IMG/VR virus record: IMGVR_UViG_2788500061_000001
DNA: 20,000 nucleotides
Strand: one strand, 5' to 3'
Origin: an uncultured virus (IMG/VR IMGVR_UViG_2788500061_000001)
Lineage: Duplodnaviria; Heunggongvirae; Uroviricota; Caudoviricetes
Shown here: one piece after another, positions 1 through 8,736 of the stretch
How positions within the stretch are numbered: position 1 is the first letter of the stretch
Layout of the letters: every line of letters begins with the position of its first letter
Program-made: the position numbers and the translations under genes
The notes under the pieces: model-generated
The model's input: only the letters and a program-made list of their open reading frames with translations
Database searches by the model: none
What the model was told of the DNA's origin: nothing

Positions 1-1
1 A

Positions 2-94
2 GGCCTGTATGTTCTGACTGGAGATGTGACGAGTCTGGAAGTCGGCACCCCTGTAACCAACGGCAAAGTTGAACTCAAAGTACTGATGGGCTAA
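2..94 (+). CDS. 3' end of upstream phage gene (partial)
   Basis: Open frame GLYVLTGDVTSLEVGTPVTNGKVELKVLMG ends in TAA at 92-94, 6 nt before the next ATG. Confidence 0.55.
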   Translation, partial: GLYVLTGDVTSLEVGTPVTNGKVELKVLMG

Positions 95-100
95 CTGTAG

Positions 101-1276
101 ATGCTTCGGGAGAGTCGATTCACACTTTCCGGGCTTGCTTCCCTGGTCCGCTTCGGGAAAGGCGGGAAGGCTATCCGCTCCACCTCGGAAGGGTTGGAGG
201 CTCGGACCAATGACGATTCTGCGCTGGAACGGTTCCGTGGGGCTGACCCGGCACTACCCCAGGATCTCGTCCCCCTGGGCTATGCAGATAATCGATACGC
301 GAACAGAGTAAACCCGGCAACCGGCGCAAAGCTCATTCGGACGAACCAGGCGGGCTCTTCCATCGAAGAGACCGGTATAGCCGTCGATGATGACGGCAAT
401 GTAACGATCCCCGGCAATCTGTTTGTGGAAGGCACTCAGACCCAGATCGATACCAGCACTCTCCAGGTAGAAGATAAGAACATCGAACTGGCTAAGAACG
501 CCACCACGGATGCCGAGGCGGACGGCGGTGGCATTGATCTAATCGGCAACGTAAAGAAATGGATCCGGTGGATGCTGTCCAGAGATGCCTGGGTTTTCTC
601 GGAAAACATCGACCTGGAATCTGGAAAAGAGTTTCGAATCGATGGAGTAGAACTCTTTGCTACCAGGTCCACTGACGATCTCCAGGAAGGATCGACAAAC
701 AAGTATTTCACTGACGGCATTGCCGACACCTGGCTGAACAACCGGAGCTCCGACGATATCCCCGAAGGATCGACCAATCTATTCTTCACAGATACCAACG
801 CAGCCAACTGGTTTGCGGCGCGTACAACGGACGAACTGGCCGAAGGATCGATCAATCTCTACTTCAATAAATACCGGGTCAATGGCATGTTTCTGGTGGT
901 AGACAGTGTCGGGCACGGTTTTTCCACGAATGATATCCTGGCAAAAGACCCGGTCACGGAGGCCTTTGTTCTGGCGGACTGCACGGATCCTCTGCGGACT
1001 CTACCGGCCGGAATAGTTGCGGCCGTCGTTACCCCAGACCAATTCGTTATGCTAACTTATGGCTGGCTCCAGGGAGATCCCGGCGACTACTCCTTTACCG
1101 GACGGGCCTATCTTGATGGGAGCACTCCCGGCGCCATTTCCGACACGGAACCGGCGACGGAAACCAGTGTAATCCTCGGCCAGATTGATTCCAACGGTGT
1201 CTTCCTGTTCCGGCCCCGGATAGACTACGGTACGGCCAATGGCTTCATAACTGAATTCGAGAACGGGCTGAACTGA
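101..1276 (+). CDS. Phage virion/tail fibre-like protein with TDDLxEGSxNLYFT repeats
   Basis: 391-aa ORF. GNLFVEGTQTQIDTSTLQVEDKNIEL...ADGGGI segment and three 26-aa repeats resemble phage structural proteins. Stop overlaps next start (TGATG). Confidence 0.7.
   Translation: MLRESRFTLSGLASLVRFGKGGKAIRSTSEGLEARTNDDSALERFRGADPALPQDLVPLGYADNRYANRVNPATGAKLIRTNQAGSSIEETGIAVDDDGNVTIPGNLFVEGTQTQIDTSTLQVEDKNIELAKNATTDAEADGGGIDLIGNVKKWIRWMLSRDAWVFSENIDLESGKEFRIDGVELFATRSTDDLQEGSTNKYFTDGIADTWLNNRSSDDIPEGSTNLFFTDTNAANWFAARTTDELAEGSINLYFNKYRVNGMFLVVDSVGHGFSTNDILAKDPVTEAFVLADCTDPLRTLPAGIVAAVVTPDQFVMLTYGWLQGDPGDYSFTGRAYLDGSTPGAISDTEPATETSVILGQIDSNGVFLFRPRIDYGTANGFITEFENGLN
668..871 (+). repeat. Three coding repeats of 78 bp (26 aa) period
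   Basis: STDDLQEGSTNKYFTD (668), SSDDIPEGSTNLFFTD (746), TTDELAEGSINLYFNK (824); DNA core GAAGGATCGA is conserved in all three. Confidence 0.85.
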
Positions 1277-1878
1277 TGAAGGAATTCCAGAAAATCGCAG
1301 CACGTCTCCGTGCGGAGTTCAATTCAATCCGCGCTCTGTTCGGGAGTTCCAATGGTCTGGCCACCCTGGATGGCTCGGGACATCTCCCGGATACCCAGCT
1401 TTCACTGGCTGGCAAGTCTACGGATGATCTTGCCGAAGGAAGCAATCTATACTTCACCGACGCCCGGGCAACTGACGCCGTTTCCGGAGCGCTATCGGCA
1501 AAACAGGACACTTCCGAGAAAGGCCAGCCAAACGGATATGCTTCATTGGACGGATCGGGGCAAGTCCCATCCGCCCAGCTCCCGGCCGAGACAACTGATC
1601 ATTTCCACCAGGACCCGGCCAGCGATCAGACCTGGTATTCCGTTCCCTCCCCCGGGACCTATTTGATCTTCCTGTTCGCCGAAATTGCGGCAGGGGCCAC
1701 GCACGAGCTCTCTATAAACAATAACACGACCCCCGTATTCTCAAAGAGCAATGGCACTGGTTCTGGCCCCATGCCCTTCGCATTTACAACGGTCCAGGCT
1801 ATATCCGACGCCACCAACGCGCTCTATATCAATTCTGCAAATCGCAACATGATGCTGACGGCCATCAAACTGGCATAG
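1276..1878 (+). CDS. Tail fibre/spike-like protein, paralogue of the next gene
   Basis: First ~104 aa closely match 1896..2741 (NGxATLxxSGxLPxxQL, TDxLAEGS, KQDxSEKGxxNGYASLD); the C-terminus is unrelated and beta-rich. Confidence 0.7.
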   Translation: MKEFQKIAARLRAEFNSIRALFGSSNGLATLDGSGHLPDTQLSLAGKSTDDLAEGSNLYFTDARATDAVSGALSAKQDTSEKGQPNGYASLDGSGQVPSAQLPAETTDHFHQDPASDQTWYSVPSPGTYLIFLFAEIAAGATHELSINNNTTPVFSKSNGTGSGPMPFAFTTVQAISDATNALYINSANRNMMLTAIKLA

Positions 1879-1895
1879 GAAAGTGAAGCTATACG

Positions 1896-2741
1896 ATGAA
1901 TGAGCTAAAACGAATAGCAGGTCGGATACGCGATGAGTTCAATGCTCTCCGGGCTAACTTTGGCCAGGCAAACGGCGTTGCCACGCTGAATGCGTCCGGA
2001 AAACTCCCGGACTCTCAGCTTTCCCTTTCCGGAAAAACGACGGATGCCCTGGCGGAAGGGTCCACCAATCGCTATTTCACCGATGCCCGTGCCCAAAACG
2101 CCCTGGCTACTTCCCTGGCTGCCAAGCAGGACATTTCAGAAAAGGGGACTGCCAATGGGTATGCTTCCCTGGACAGCTCTGGGACCGTTCCGTTAGCGCA
2201 GCTCCCGGCGGCAGCCACCAACAGCCGTGTCGGGGAAATTGGGATATTCATGACATCGACGCCGCCACAGGGAGTGGTCTACTTCAACCGGGCGAGCTTA
2301 TCCCGGACCTCCTATTCAGACCTCTGGGCCTGGGTCCAGAACCATCCGGAACTATATGATGATACGGGATCCGACAAACAGAAGTTCGGACCCGGTGATG
2401 ACAGCACTACATTCGATTTACCGGACTGGAAAGGGATCGGAGTCCGTGGAGCGGGTACTTCGTCCGCTTTTCAAAAGGCAAACGGCAACTACTACGATGG
2501 AGGCAATCTGCTCGACGTACTCCTCGATGGCCTGAAGGACCACAGGCACTATGTGAGTGGATACGTTTACTATGGAAACTCCACTTTCTGGATCTATTAT
2601 TCAGGCACCGGCCACCCAAATGAGGCAGTAACACAGACCTACACTGCCGGGCCTGCGAGCAACAGTTCAGGCGATCCGCGGTCCACCGACGAGAACCGTG
2701 GAGTCACGGTCGCGATCCACTGGGGGATTCGTTATGAATAG
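1896..2741 (+). CDS. Tail fibre protein with tail-collar domain
   Basis: VGEIGIF..TPPQG....SLSRTSYSDLW...FGPGDDSTTFDLPDWKG..VRG matches the phage tail collar pattern; C-terminal ENRGVTVAIHWGIRY is typical of such fibres. Confidence 0.85.
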   Translation: MNELKRIAGRIRDEFNALRANFGQANGVATLNASGKLPDSQLSLSGKTTDALAEGSTNRYFTDARAQNALATSLAAKQDISEKGTANGYASLDSSGTVPLAQLPAAATNSRVGEIGIFMTSTPPQGVVYFNRASLSRTSYSDLWAWVQNHPELYDDTGSDKQKFGPGDDSTTFDLPDWKGIGVRGAGTSSAFQKANGNYYDGGNLLDVLLDGLKDHRHYVSGYVYYGNSTFWIYYSGTGHPNEAVTQTYTAGPASNSSGDPRSTDENRGVTVAIHWGIRYE

Positions 2742-3459
2742 AGCACTGGTTTTCGACCCCGACACAGGAGAGTTCCTTCGTTATGAAACGGCAATACCGG
2801 ATCAAAAGAATCCGGGTGAGTTTCTACTTCCACCGCATAGCGTCCTGGAGTCCGGCCTATCAATACCGGAAAGCGGCCCAAACGAAACCTTAATTCTTCA
2901 GAGTGGATCCGTTCTGGCTGTCCCTGATTTCAGAGGTCTGGATTATTACAATAAATCAACGGGCGCAAAAGTAGAACTGGAACTGGGACAGAGCCCGGAT
3001 TCTACAATGACCAGCGTGGTCCCCGGGGAATTCGAAACAGGCCCCTGGATCGAAGAAGAATCCAGGTGGACCGTCGACTCCAACAAGCTGGCGGAAGCAA
3101 AGTCCAACTTGATCTCGAAGCTTGAAGCTATTCGGCAATTCAAGGAATTCACTTACCGCTCCACGGTCGCTGTCCACTCGATAGACTGGGATTCCGGAGA
3201 GAAATACCTTCGAAACCTTGAAAGGGCCATCTCATTGTACTCCACCCACCCGGTTTCCGCTTGGTTGGATAGTAGCAACAACCCGCACCCGGTGCCGGGC
3301 GTAGCCTACCTCGAGGCAATCCGGGATGCAGTCGACCTCGATACCTTTCAGGCCGGACAGACTCTATACAGTGTGAAATGGACAAAGCGAGATGAAGTCA
3401 ACTCGCTGGGACCGGAAGGCGTGAAGAACTACAACGCGGAATCCGGATGGCCCTGGTAA
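2734..3459 (+). CDS. Tail fibre assembly (Tfa-like) protein, possibly with C-terminal DUF4376-like domain
   Basis: ATG at 2734 overlaps the fibre stop. FDPDTGEFL...FLLPPHS...VPDFRGLDYY...W...RW pattern and position directly after the fibre gene fit a Tfa-type chaperone. Confidence 0.65.
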   Translation: MNRALVFDPDTGEFLRYETAIPDQKNPGEFLLPPHSVLESGLSIPESGPNETLILQSGSVLAVPDFRGLDYYNKSTGAKVELELGQSPDSTMTSVVPGEFETGPWIEEESRWTVDSNKLAEAKSNLISKLEAIRQFKEFTYRSTVAVHSIDWDSGEKYLRNLERAISLYSTHPVSAWLDSSNNPHPVPGVAYLEAIRDAVDLDTFQAGQTLYSVKWTKRDEVNSLGPEGVKNYNAESGWPW

Positions 3460-3465
3460 GCTGCG

Positions 3466-5097
3466 TCAGCCCCAGTCCCCTTCCGGGGCATTCTCTTCCT
3501 TGGAAGGGTCATAGTCCTCGAAATCGAATTCCTGTTGCTCCGAGGCTTCTGGCGGCATCCCCATGTCGCCCTCTGCGCCACCGGCAAGATTCTGCACAAG
3601 CTGAGCTCCAGATTGAATCCAGTTTGTATCCATGACGACGGCCCCGGCGTACTTGACCTGTTCGAATTTATCGTCTGGTAGCCCGTAAATCTTCCGGAGC
3701 GCCTCTCCCACTGTCGGCATATCCCGTCGGGTCCGAACTTCATCCATCAGCTCGATGGACTTGACCAGCTTTTCGTCCCTTTCCAGGCGCTTATCTTCAT
3801 CTTCCTTCTCAACTCCATTGAAAACGAAAACCAGTGGTTCATACTTGTCGACGGTCTCCTTGATATCGTTGCATACGTCTGCAAAATAGGATAGCATCGA
3901 TTTCTTTGCCCTGGTCATTGCGGCATCTATCCGCCCATCCATGGATCCTTCAGACAGTCCCTGGCTTCCCATCAAGCGCAGGCCAAGCTCAGCCTGATCC
4001 ATTCCATGGGCGGCCAGAGTAAAGGTGGTGACCCATTGCATCAGCTTTTCGAAGGCCATGTCGCTCAGGGTATTGAGGTTGGTGAACTTGAGATCCTGGG
4101 CCTCGGACGTAATCAAGGGGATCCGGTGATTGTTATTGTTCCCCGAGAACATGTTCTCCCATTGCACCTGGAGATCATCGAGGACTTCCTGAGGCATATT
4201 CCCAGGAAGGTAGAGAAACCCTGGAGGCGGATTATTGGAGAACCGATCCCGATTAAACTTCAGGGCATTCATTGTGGCGATGATTTCCATTACGGAAACC
4301 TCTGCAGGAGAGAGCCCCGAGTTTCGGTACCGGACATCGCTCAACTCATTTTGGTGCCGCACAATGATCTCTTCATCTGTGAAGGTTTCGACCACTGTAT
4401 TGTTCACGATCTGCACCCACCGGGTCCGTGGGTCATTCTTGTATCCGGACTCAATTGTGGGGTAGATAGTTGCGGGATCCAGATATTTGACTTCGACAAC
4501 CTGACCCCTCCGATTCCGGACCAGATAGAAAGCCACACTGTCAATGGCTAAAGTGTCCCGGATCATGAACTGGAAGACTGCATGAAAGCGATCCCGGTTC
4601 TGCCAGCCCTCCACCTTGTCGCCCATGAACTCAAAGAATTTCCTGGCATCCCGGATTAGCTCCTTGTCCCCATCCCCCGGTGATTTGTCCGGATCTTCCA
4701 GGTCGAAATCGAATCCCTCCTTCTCTCGGAAGGGCCGACCGAATTGGCCCAGGTCATCGATTCGAACCTTGTGGATGGCGCCGACCAGAGTATTGGAATA
4801 GGATAGTTTCCGGAGGTCATTGAAAGAGGGGCGGTCAGGATTGCGGAGCCGGATTCCCTGGTTGATCAGGCTTTGCTCTTCGGATGTAAAGACCGGCTTT
4901 TTCTCTTCCTGCTCCCTGGATTGGACACCGTGGAACATGGACTTGGCCAGGGCGTACATTCTGGAGTCCTTGAATTCCCGGATATCCTCCCGGGCGCGCT
5001 GAGCCTGCGACTGTCGATTCCGGGCAGCCCGGAGTCTCTTCTGGAGGTTCTTTTCGTAGTTCGGGCCTCTGGGTCGACCGGGCTTTCCGTTTGCCAT
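3466..5097 (-). CDS. Phage portal protein
   Basis: 543 aa. RDTLAIDSVAFYLVRNRRGQVVEVKYLDPATI, GLSP, FSNNPPPG, HRIP..QDLKF...DMAFEK, MDEVRTRRDMP are portal-family motifs. Confidence 0.9.
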   Translation of the reverse strand: MANGKPGRPRGPNYEKNLQKRLRAARNRQSQAQRAREDIREFKDSRMYALAKSMFHGVQSREQEEKKPVFTSEEQSLINQGIRLRNPDRPSFNDLRKLSYSNTLVGAIHKVRIDDLGQFGRPFREKEGFDFDLEDPDKSPGDGDKELIRDARKFFEFMGDKVEGWQNRDRFHAVFQFMIRDTLAIDSVAFYLVRNRRGQVVEVKYLDPATIYPTIESGYKNDPRTRWVQIVNNTVVETFTDEEIIVRHQNELSDVRYRNSGLSPAEVSVMEIIATMNALKFNRDRFSNNPPPGFLYLPGNMPQEVLDDLQVQWENMFSGNNNNHRIPLITSEAQDLKFTNLNTLSDMAFEKLMQWVTTFTLAAHGMDQAELGLRLMGSQGLSEGSMDGRIDAAMTRAKKSMLSYFADVCNDIKETVDKYEPLVFVFNGVEKEDEDKRLERDEKLVKSIELMDEVRTRRDMPTVGEALRKIYGLPDDKFEQVKYAGAVVMDTNWIQSGAQLVQNLAGGAEGDMGMPPEASEQQEFDFEDYDPSKEENAPEGDWG

Positions 5098-5141
5098 GGC
5101 TCGAACAGTAGCAGAATGCAGGGCATCGGAGAAGCGACGGA

Positions 5142-5193
5142 GGGTTTTTACCGGGTTTTTCCAGGTTTTTTCCGGGGAAAAATATCTGAAAAA
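5142..5193. promoter_or_regulatory. Helically phased T/A tracts with an inverted repeat in the divergent gap upstream of the portal gene
   Basis: T5 5145-49, T5 5156-60, T6 5166-71, A5 5178-82, A5 5189-93; inverted repeat TTTTTCC-GG-GGAAAAA at 5167-5182. Confidence 0.5.
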
Positions 5194-5229
5194 TCTGACC
5201 GATTGCCCGTGGACTGCTATGGTCCGGAC

Positions 5230-5511
5230 ATGCGCAAGACCCTACCCAATATCGCAGACATCGAACGGAAATCATTGGAGAACCACTTCTCCCTGCCCCC
5301 TGGGGACGCCCTGTTTCAGGATCCGAAAAAGGTATTTATTGTCACCGCAATCGAAGCAGGGGCCGGGTGGACGCTTACCTATGACTGCATCAGCGGAAAA
5401 AGTGCAACTCGATCCGGGAGCGGGAACAGGGAGTTCCACCACCCGGTCACCGCCGCGCACTTCACAGACACAACCGGCGTGGACCGGATTGTAGGATTCT
5501 ACCTGGGTTGA
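5230..5511 (+). CDS. Hypothetical phage protein (93 aa, MRKTLPNIAD...)
   Basis: Internal ATG of the 4873..5511 ORF located beyond the portal gene; fills the gap before the adaptor gene. Confidence 0.6.
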   Translation: MRKTLPNIADIERKSLENHFSLPPGDALFQDPKKVFIVTAIEAGAGWTLTYDCISGKSATRSGSGNREFHHPVTAAHFTDTTGVDRIVGFYLG

Positions 5512-5554
5512 ATCCCCGCATTGCCCGAAATCATAGCGCTCGATAGGATTGGAT

Positions 5555-6445
5555 ATGGCTAACTGGCAGGGAGAATTCAACGATCAGTCCCAGGACTATG
5601 AGTACCGGGATCTGGGGATGCGCCTGTCACCGGGAGAGTATCCCCCTCCCCGCTGGGGCTGCCTCCTGCATCCCGACGAACTCCGAAGGGTCATTTTCGT
5701 TGGAAACAGCCTGCTCGTAACGGTAAACGGGGAACAGCTCACCAACTACCAGCTGAAGAACTGGCTGGACCATAATGTTCGGGTTCTCCAGGAAAGACTC
5801 CAGTTCGATATCTACCCCCGCCTCTGGAGATCCAGGCCGGTTCGCAACATCAATCATCGGGAGATCGAGCCCTATGCCGAATGGGACGATTTCTATATGT
5901 TCGACGGCAATCAGCACGATAAGAACTTCTTTGTGAAGCTCCGGCGCCGTCCTCTGGCCAGGCTTCACAACTGGGAAGTGAAGAGTCCTTTCACCGGAGA
6001 AACGCTGATCAATCTGACAGACTATGCCCTCATCAATTACCGCCGGGGAACCATGAGAGCCGCTCTCTTTAACACCGGATCCTATGCCGGATACAGCGGG
6101 ATGCCCATTGCCCAATGGCGGTTCGGAACCGGACGGCATGCAGCCGCGCATTTCATCGATTACACAACGGGCTATGATCACGCGGATCGGGTTCCCCGAG
6201 AACTCAAAGAGGTACTGATCAACCGCATGACCATCGATGTAATGAGCGCCTACGGGGATGGGATCGTCGGTGGCCTGGCCAATTCCAGTGTTTCTGTCGG
6301 CTCGCTATCTGAATCCATCGGTACCACCATGTCCGCAACCAGCGCCTACTATGGTGCCCGGATTGCCGAAAAGCAGAAGTGGGAGGAAAACTGGTTCAAG
6401 ACTCGCGCCCACGCCTACTCTGGAGTCGGTTTCAAAGTCCTCTGA
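5555..6445 (+). CDS. Head-tail adaptor / head completion (neck) protein
   Basis: IDYTTGYD...VPRELKE and GLANSSVSVGSLSESIGTTMSA resemble gp6-like adaptors of large myoviruses; ATG at 5555 follows AGGA. Confidence 0.65.
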   Translation: MANWQGEFNDQSQDYEYRDLGMRLSPGEYPPPRWGCLLHPDELRRVIFVGNSLLVTVNGEQLTNYQLKNWLDHNVRVLQERLQFDIYPRLWRSRPVRNINHREIEPYAEWDDFYMFDGNQHDKNFFVKLRRRPLARLHNWEVKSPFTGETLINLTDYALINYRRGTMRAALFNTGSYAGYSGMPIAQWRFGTGRHAAAHFIDYTTGYDHADRVPRELKEVLINRMTIDVMSAYGDGIVGGLANSSVSVGSLSESIGTTMSATSAYYGARIAEKQKWEENWFKTRAHAYSGVGFKVL

Positions 6446-6481
6446 CGTTGCCCGATACACCGTTCCCTGCAATGGTGAAGC

Positions 6482-7051
6482 ATGCCCGCAGCAGGCCTCC
6501 CATTAAACTTCGCCGGATTGCTCCCGGAAGCCTCCTGGATTTTCTGGACTACGCTGATTACAGCCTTTGCAACAGGCTTCTGGAGATTATCCATCTGGGG
6601 AGCCCTCCGAAAGACTGAAAAAGAAATCCTTCCGAAAGTAGAGAAGGTCAGGACCGACCTTGCAGACAAGATCACGGAGTCCGAAGACCGGACGGAAAAG
6701 CGCATCAACAACCTCGAAGAGCATAGCTCAGCGTCCGTAAAGGAACTGAACGATAAACGTGAACGCCTTGAGCGTGAACTGGAAACGCGCCTCGATAGCA
6801 TGCGCGAACACTCCCTGAACCTCCACCATTCCCTGGAAATCGACAACGCAAAACTCCGTCAGCAGATGGAGGGCCTTCAAAGCTATTCCAATCAAATCAT
6901 GGGCCGCATCGATGAAGTCGAGCGCCGTATGGAGGACCGGGTCGGTCGTTCTGAAAAGGCCATACTCCAGAAACTGGAAGATGACCAGAAGCATTTCCAC
7001 GACGGCCTTTCGGAGCTAAAGAAAGAGATCAGATCCTGGAGGAACCAATGA
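6482..7051 (+). CDS. Membrane-anchored coiled-coil protein at the start of the lysis cassette
   Basis: One N-terminal hydrophobic segment (WIFWTTLITAFATGFW) followed by a long charged heptad-like region; ATGA overlap with next gene. Confidence 0.7.
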   Translation: MPAAGLPLNFAGLLPEASWIFWTTLITAFATGFWRLSIWGALRKTEKEILPKVEKVRTDLADKITESEDRTEKRINNLEEHSSASVKELNDKRERLERELETRLDSMREHSLNLHHSLEIDNAKLRQQMEGLQSYSNQIMGRIDEVERRMEDRVGRSEKAILQKLEDDQKHFHDGLSELKKEIRSWRNQ

Positions 7052-7263
7052 GCATCGGAATGAAACTACTGGCAGACCTGGTCGCAAGCCGGTTTGGCCC
7101 CTATATCATCATCTTCGCACTACTTCTTCTCATAGTGGGCGGCTGGTGCGGATACGCCTGCGCGTCTCAAGCAATCAATTCTCCGGAGGAACCAAATGAA
7201 GTTCAGGATGCTATCATCCCTGCTCCTGGCGACTATGATCGTCTTAAACTGCCAGAGCAGTGA
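7048..7263 (+). CDS. Small single-TM protein (possible i-spanin)
   Basis: 71 aa with TM YIIIFALLLLIVGGW; overlaps the lipoprotein gene by 68 bp. Confidence 0.5.
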   Translation: MSIGMKLLADLVASRFGPYIIIFALLLLIVGGWCGYACASQAINSPEEPNEVQDAIIPAPGDYDRLKLPEQ

Positions 7264-7561
7264 AAATCAGATTCGGGAAACCAGGGACTCCTATTGCTCG
7301 GACATTCAGATCCCCGATGCAGCCAGGGTCCGGCCAGGGCAACGGCTGCAGAACTCCCATTACAATGCCCTGGTAGATCACTGCGCCGATCTGGCCCGGT
7401 GCCTCCGGTACGAGCAATGCGTAAGAAAGATCACTGAATGGGAGCGCGACTGCCAGACCGAAAGAGTCCGCGCCCTGGAAGACCAATGGCTCCCCGGAGC
7501 CTTCACCCCCCGCTTTAAGTGCGGGATCCCAAAACCGCTCTGCGGACTGGAGGAAGACTGA
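7196..7561 (+). CDS. Cys-rich lipoprotein (possible o-spanin)
   Basis: Signal peptide MKFRMLSSLLLATMIVLN-C; GGAGG upstream; lies within the lysis cassette. Confidence 0.65.
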   Translation: MKFRMLSSLLLATMIVLNCQSSENQIRETRDSYCSDIQIPDAARVRPGQRLQNSHYNALVDHCADLARCLRYEQCVRKITEWERDCQTERVRALEDQWLPGAFTPRFKCGIPKPLCGLEED

Positions 7562-7863
7562 TGGTAGAACAAACCCTGATACAACAAATCCTGAACCTGA
7601 TCGACCTGAAAGCAGTGATCGGTATAGTCCTGATCTGCTACTGGCTATTTGACCACTCCCCGAAGATCATCCGGAAGAACTTCCGTTATCCCGGTGCGAA
7701 GACCTACGGTACCATGATTGTAGCGGTCATTGTGTCCGTGGCTTCCTACTGGATCGATCCTTCCCGCCCGGAGGCCAATGTTATGGCCTACTTCCTGGCT
7801 ACGAGCTTCTACGAAGCCATCATCAAGCGAATCAAAGCCAATTTCCAGGGACCAGAAGTATGA
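7561..7863 (+). CDS. Putative holin
   Basis: 100 aa from ATG 7561 (GGAGG upstream, TGATG overlap); 2-3 TM segments, basic C-terminus, immediately before the endolysin. Confidence 0.7.
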   Translation: MVEQTLIQQILNLIDLKAVIGIVLICYWLFDHSPKIIRKNFRYPGAKTYGTMIVAVIVSVASYWIDPSRPEANVMAYFLATSFYEAIIKRIKANFQGPEV

Positions 7864-8639
7864 GCCAGTCGGTACTGAGCAGAGCGGCAGAGGTCGCCGT
7901 GGAGACAATCACGGAAACGCTCCACAAGCAATGGAAAGAATCCATCGTGGAGATGCCCTGGGATGAGCGGGCCTACTACCAGGAACAATATCCTAAGGAC
8001 CAGCTATTCCTCCATCACACGGATGGTCGAACTTCGGCCGCCGCCAGTGCCCGCTACCTGGAAGGATCCTCTATCAAGACCCGGGTAAGCGGGGATAGCC
8101 GGGGGCAGCACTATTCCGTCGGGGTACCATGGTGGGTGGACCGGGATGGCACGACAATCAGGACATTCGATGACCGATGCTGGGCACACCACAACGGCAC
8201 GGGGCGCAGAGGAGCCCGAAGGTCCATTGCCATCGAGCTGGAGAATCTGGGCTTCATCAATGAGCGCGGAGGTAACTTCTACAATCGATACGGGGAAGAG
8301 ATCGCAGAGGAACAGTATCCCATCCATGAGCATCCAGAACCCTGGAGAGGAAGCCGCTTCTATGAAGCCTACACGGATGCCCAGGTGGACAGCCTGATTC
8401 TCTTGATAGATGATATCTTGCGGCGGCATCCAGGGATCCCCCGAAGAATCCCGCAGAACTTCTTTCCGGAAGTTCCCCTCACCCGCACCCAGCTCGCCCG
8501 CTTCAAGGGGATTCTGGCTCACACATTCACGGTCGGATACATTCCGAAACGCTACGCCAAATATGATGTGAGCATTGCCCTTCGGCCGCATATGGATCGA
8601 ATATGCAGGGCACTGAAGCTGCAACGAGTGAGGATCTAA
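7860..8639 (+). CDS. Endolysin, N-acetylmuramoyl-L-alanine amidase (Amidase_2-like)
   Basis: LFLHHT, WAHHNG, SIAIELEN, YTDAQVDSLILLI, GILAH, KYD motifs. Confidence 0.9.
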   Translation: MSQSVLSRAAEVAVETITETLHKQWKESIVEMPWDERAYYQEQYPKDQLFLHHTDGRTSAAASARYLEGSSIKTRVSGDSRGQHYSVGVPWWVDRDGTTIRTFDDRCWAHHNGTGRRGARRSIAIELENLGFINERGGNFYNRYGEEIAEEQYPIHEHPEPWRGSRFYEAYTDAQVDSLILLIDDILRRHPGIPRRIPQNFFPEVPLTRTQLARFKGILAHTFTVGYIPKRYAKYDVSIALRPHMDRICRALKLQRVRI

Positions 8640-8701
8640 ACAATACCCCACATCCGTTTAGCCTTGCACCACCCTGAGGCGATCCGATCCCGAGAAACGG
8701 A

Positions 8702-8730
8702 TTGACATTTTCCGCCCTGGACAATATAAT
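8702..8730 (+). promoter_or_regulatory. Perfect consensus sigma70 promoter, antisense to the DUF3800 gene
   Basis: TTGACA (8702-8707), 17-bp spacer, TATAAT (8725-8730); no + strand ORF follows in the ORF track. Confidence 0.85.
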
Positions 8731-8736
8731 AGTGGT

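Noticed and set aside
668..871. 78-bp periodic repeats as a CRISPR-like array
   Set aside because: They are in-frame degenerate coding repeats conserved at protein level; there is no repeat-spacer structure or cas gene.
1276..2741. Paralogous fibre genes as a DGR or invertible shufflon
   Set aside because: No reverse transcriptase or invertase in the window, both genes are on the same strand, and differences are not adenine-specific.
4873..5494. Long ORFs 4873..5511 and 5096..5494 as annotated
   Set aside because: They overlap the portal gene or the repeat tract; only the 5230..5511 portion looks like a real gene.
8652..8702. ATCCGTTT/AAACGGAT inverted repeat after the endolysin as an intrinsic terminator
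   Set aside because: The arms are 35 nt apart with no adjacent U-run; not supportable as a terminator.
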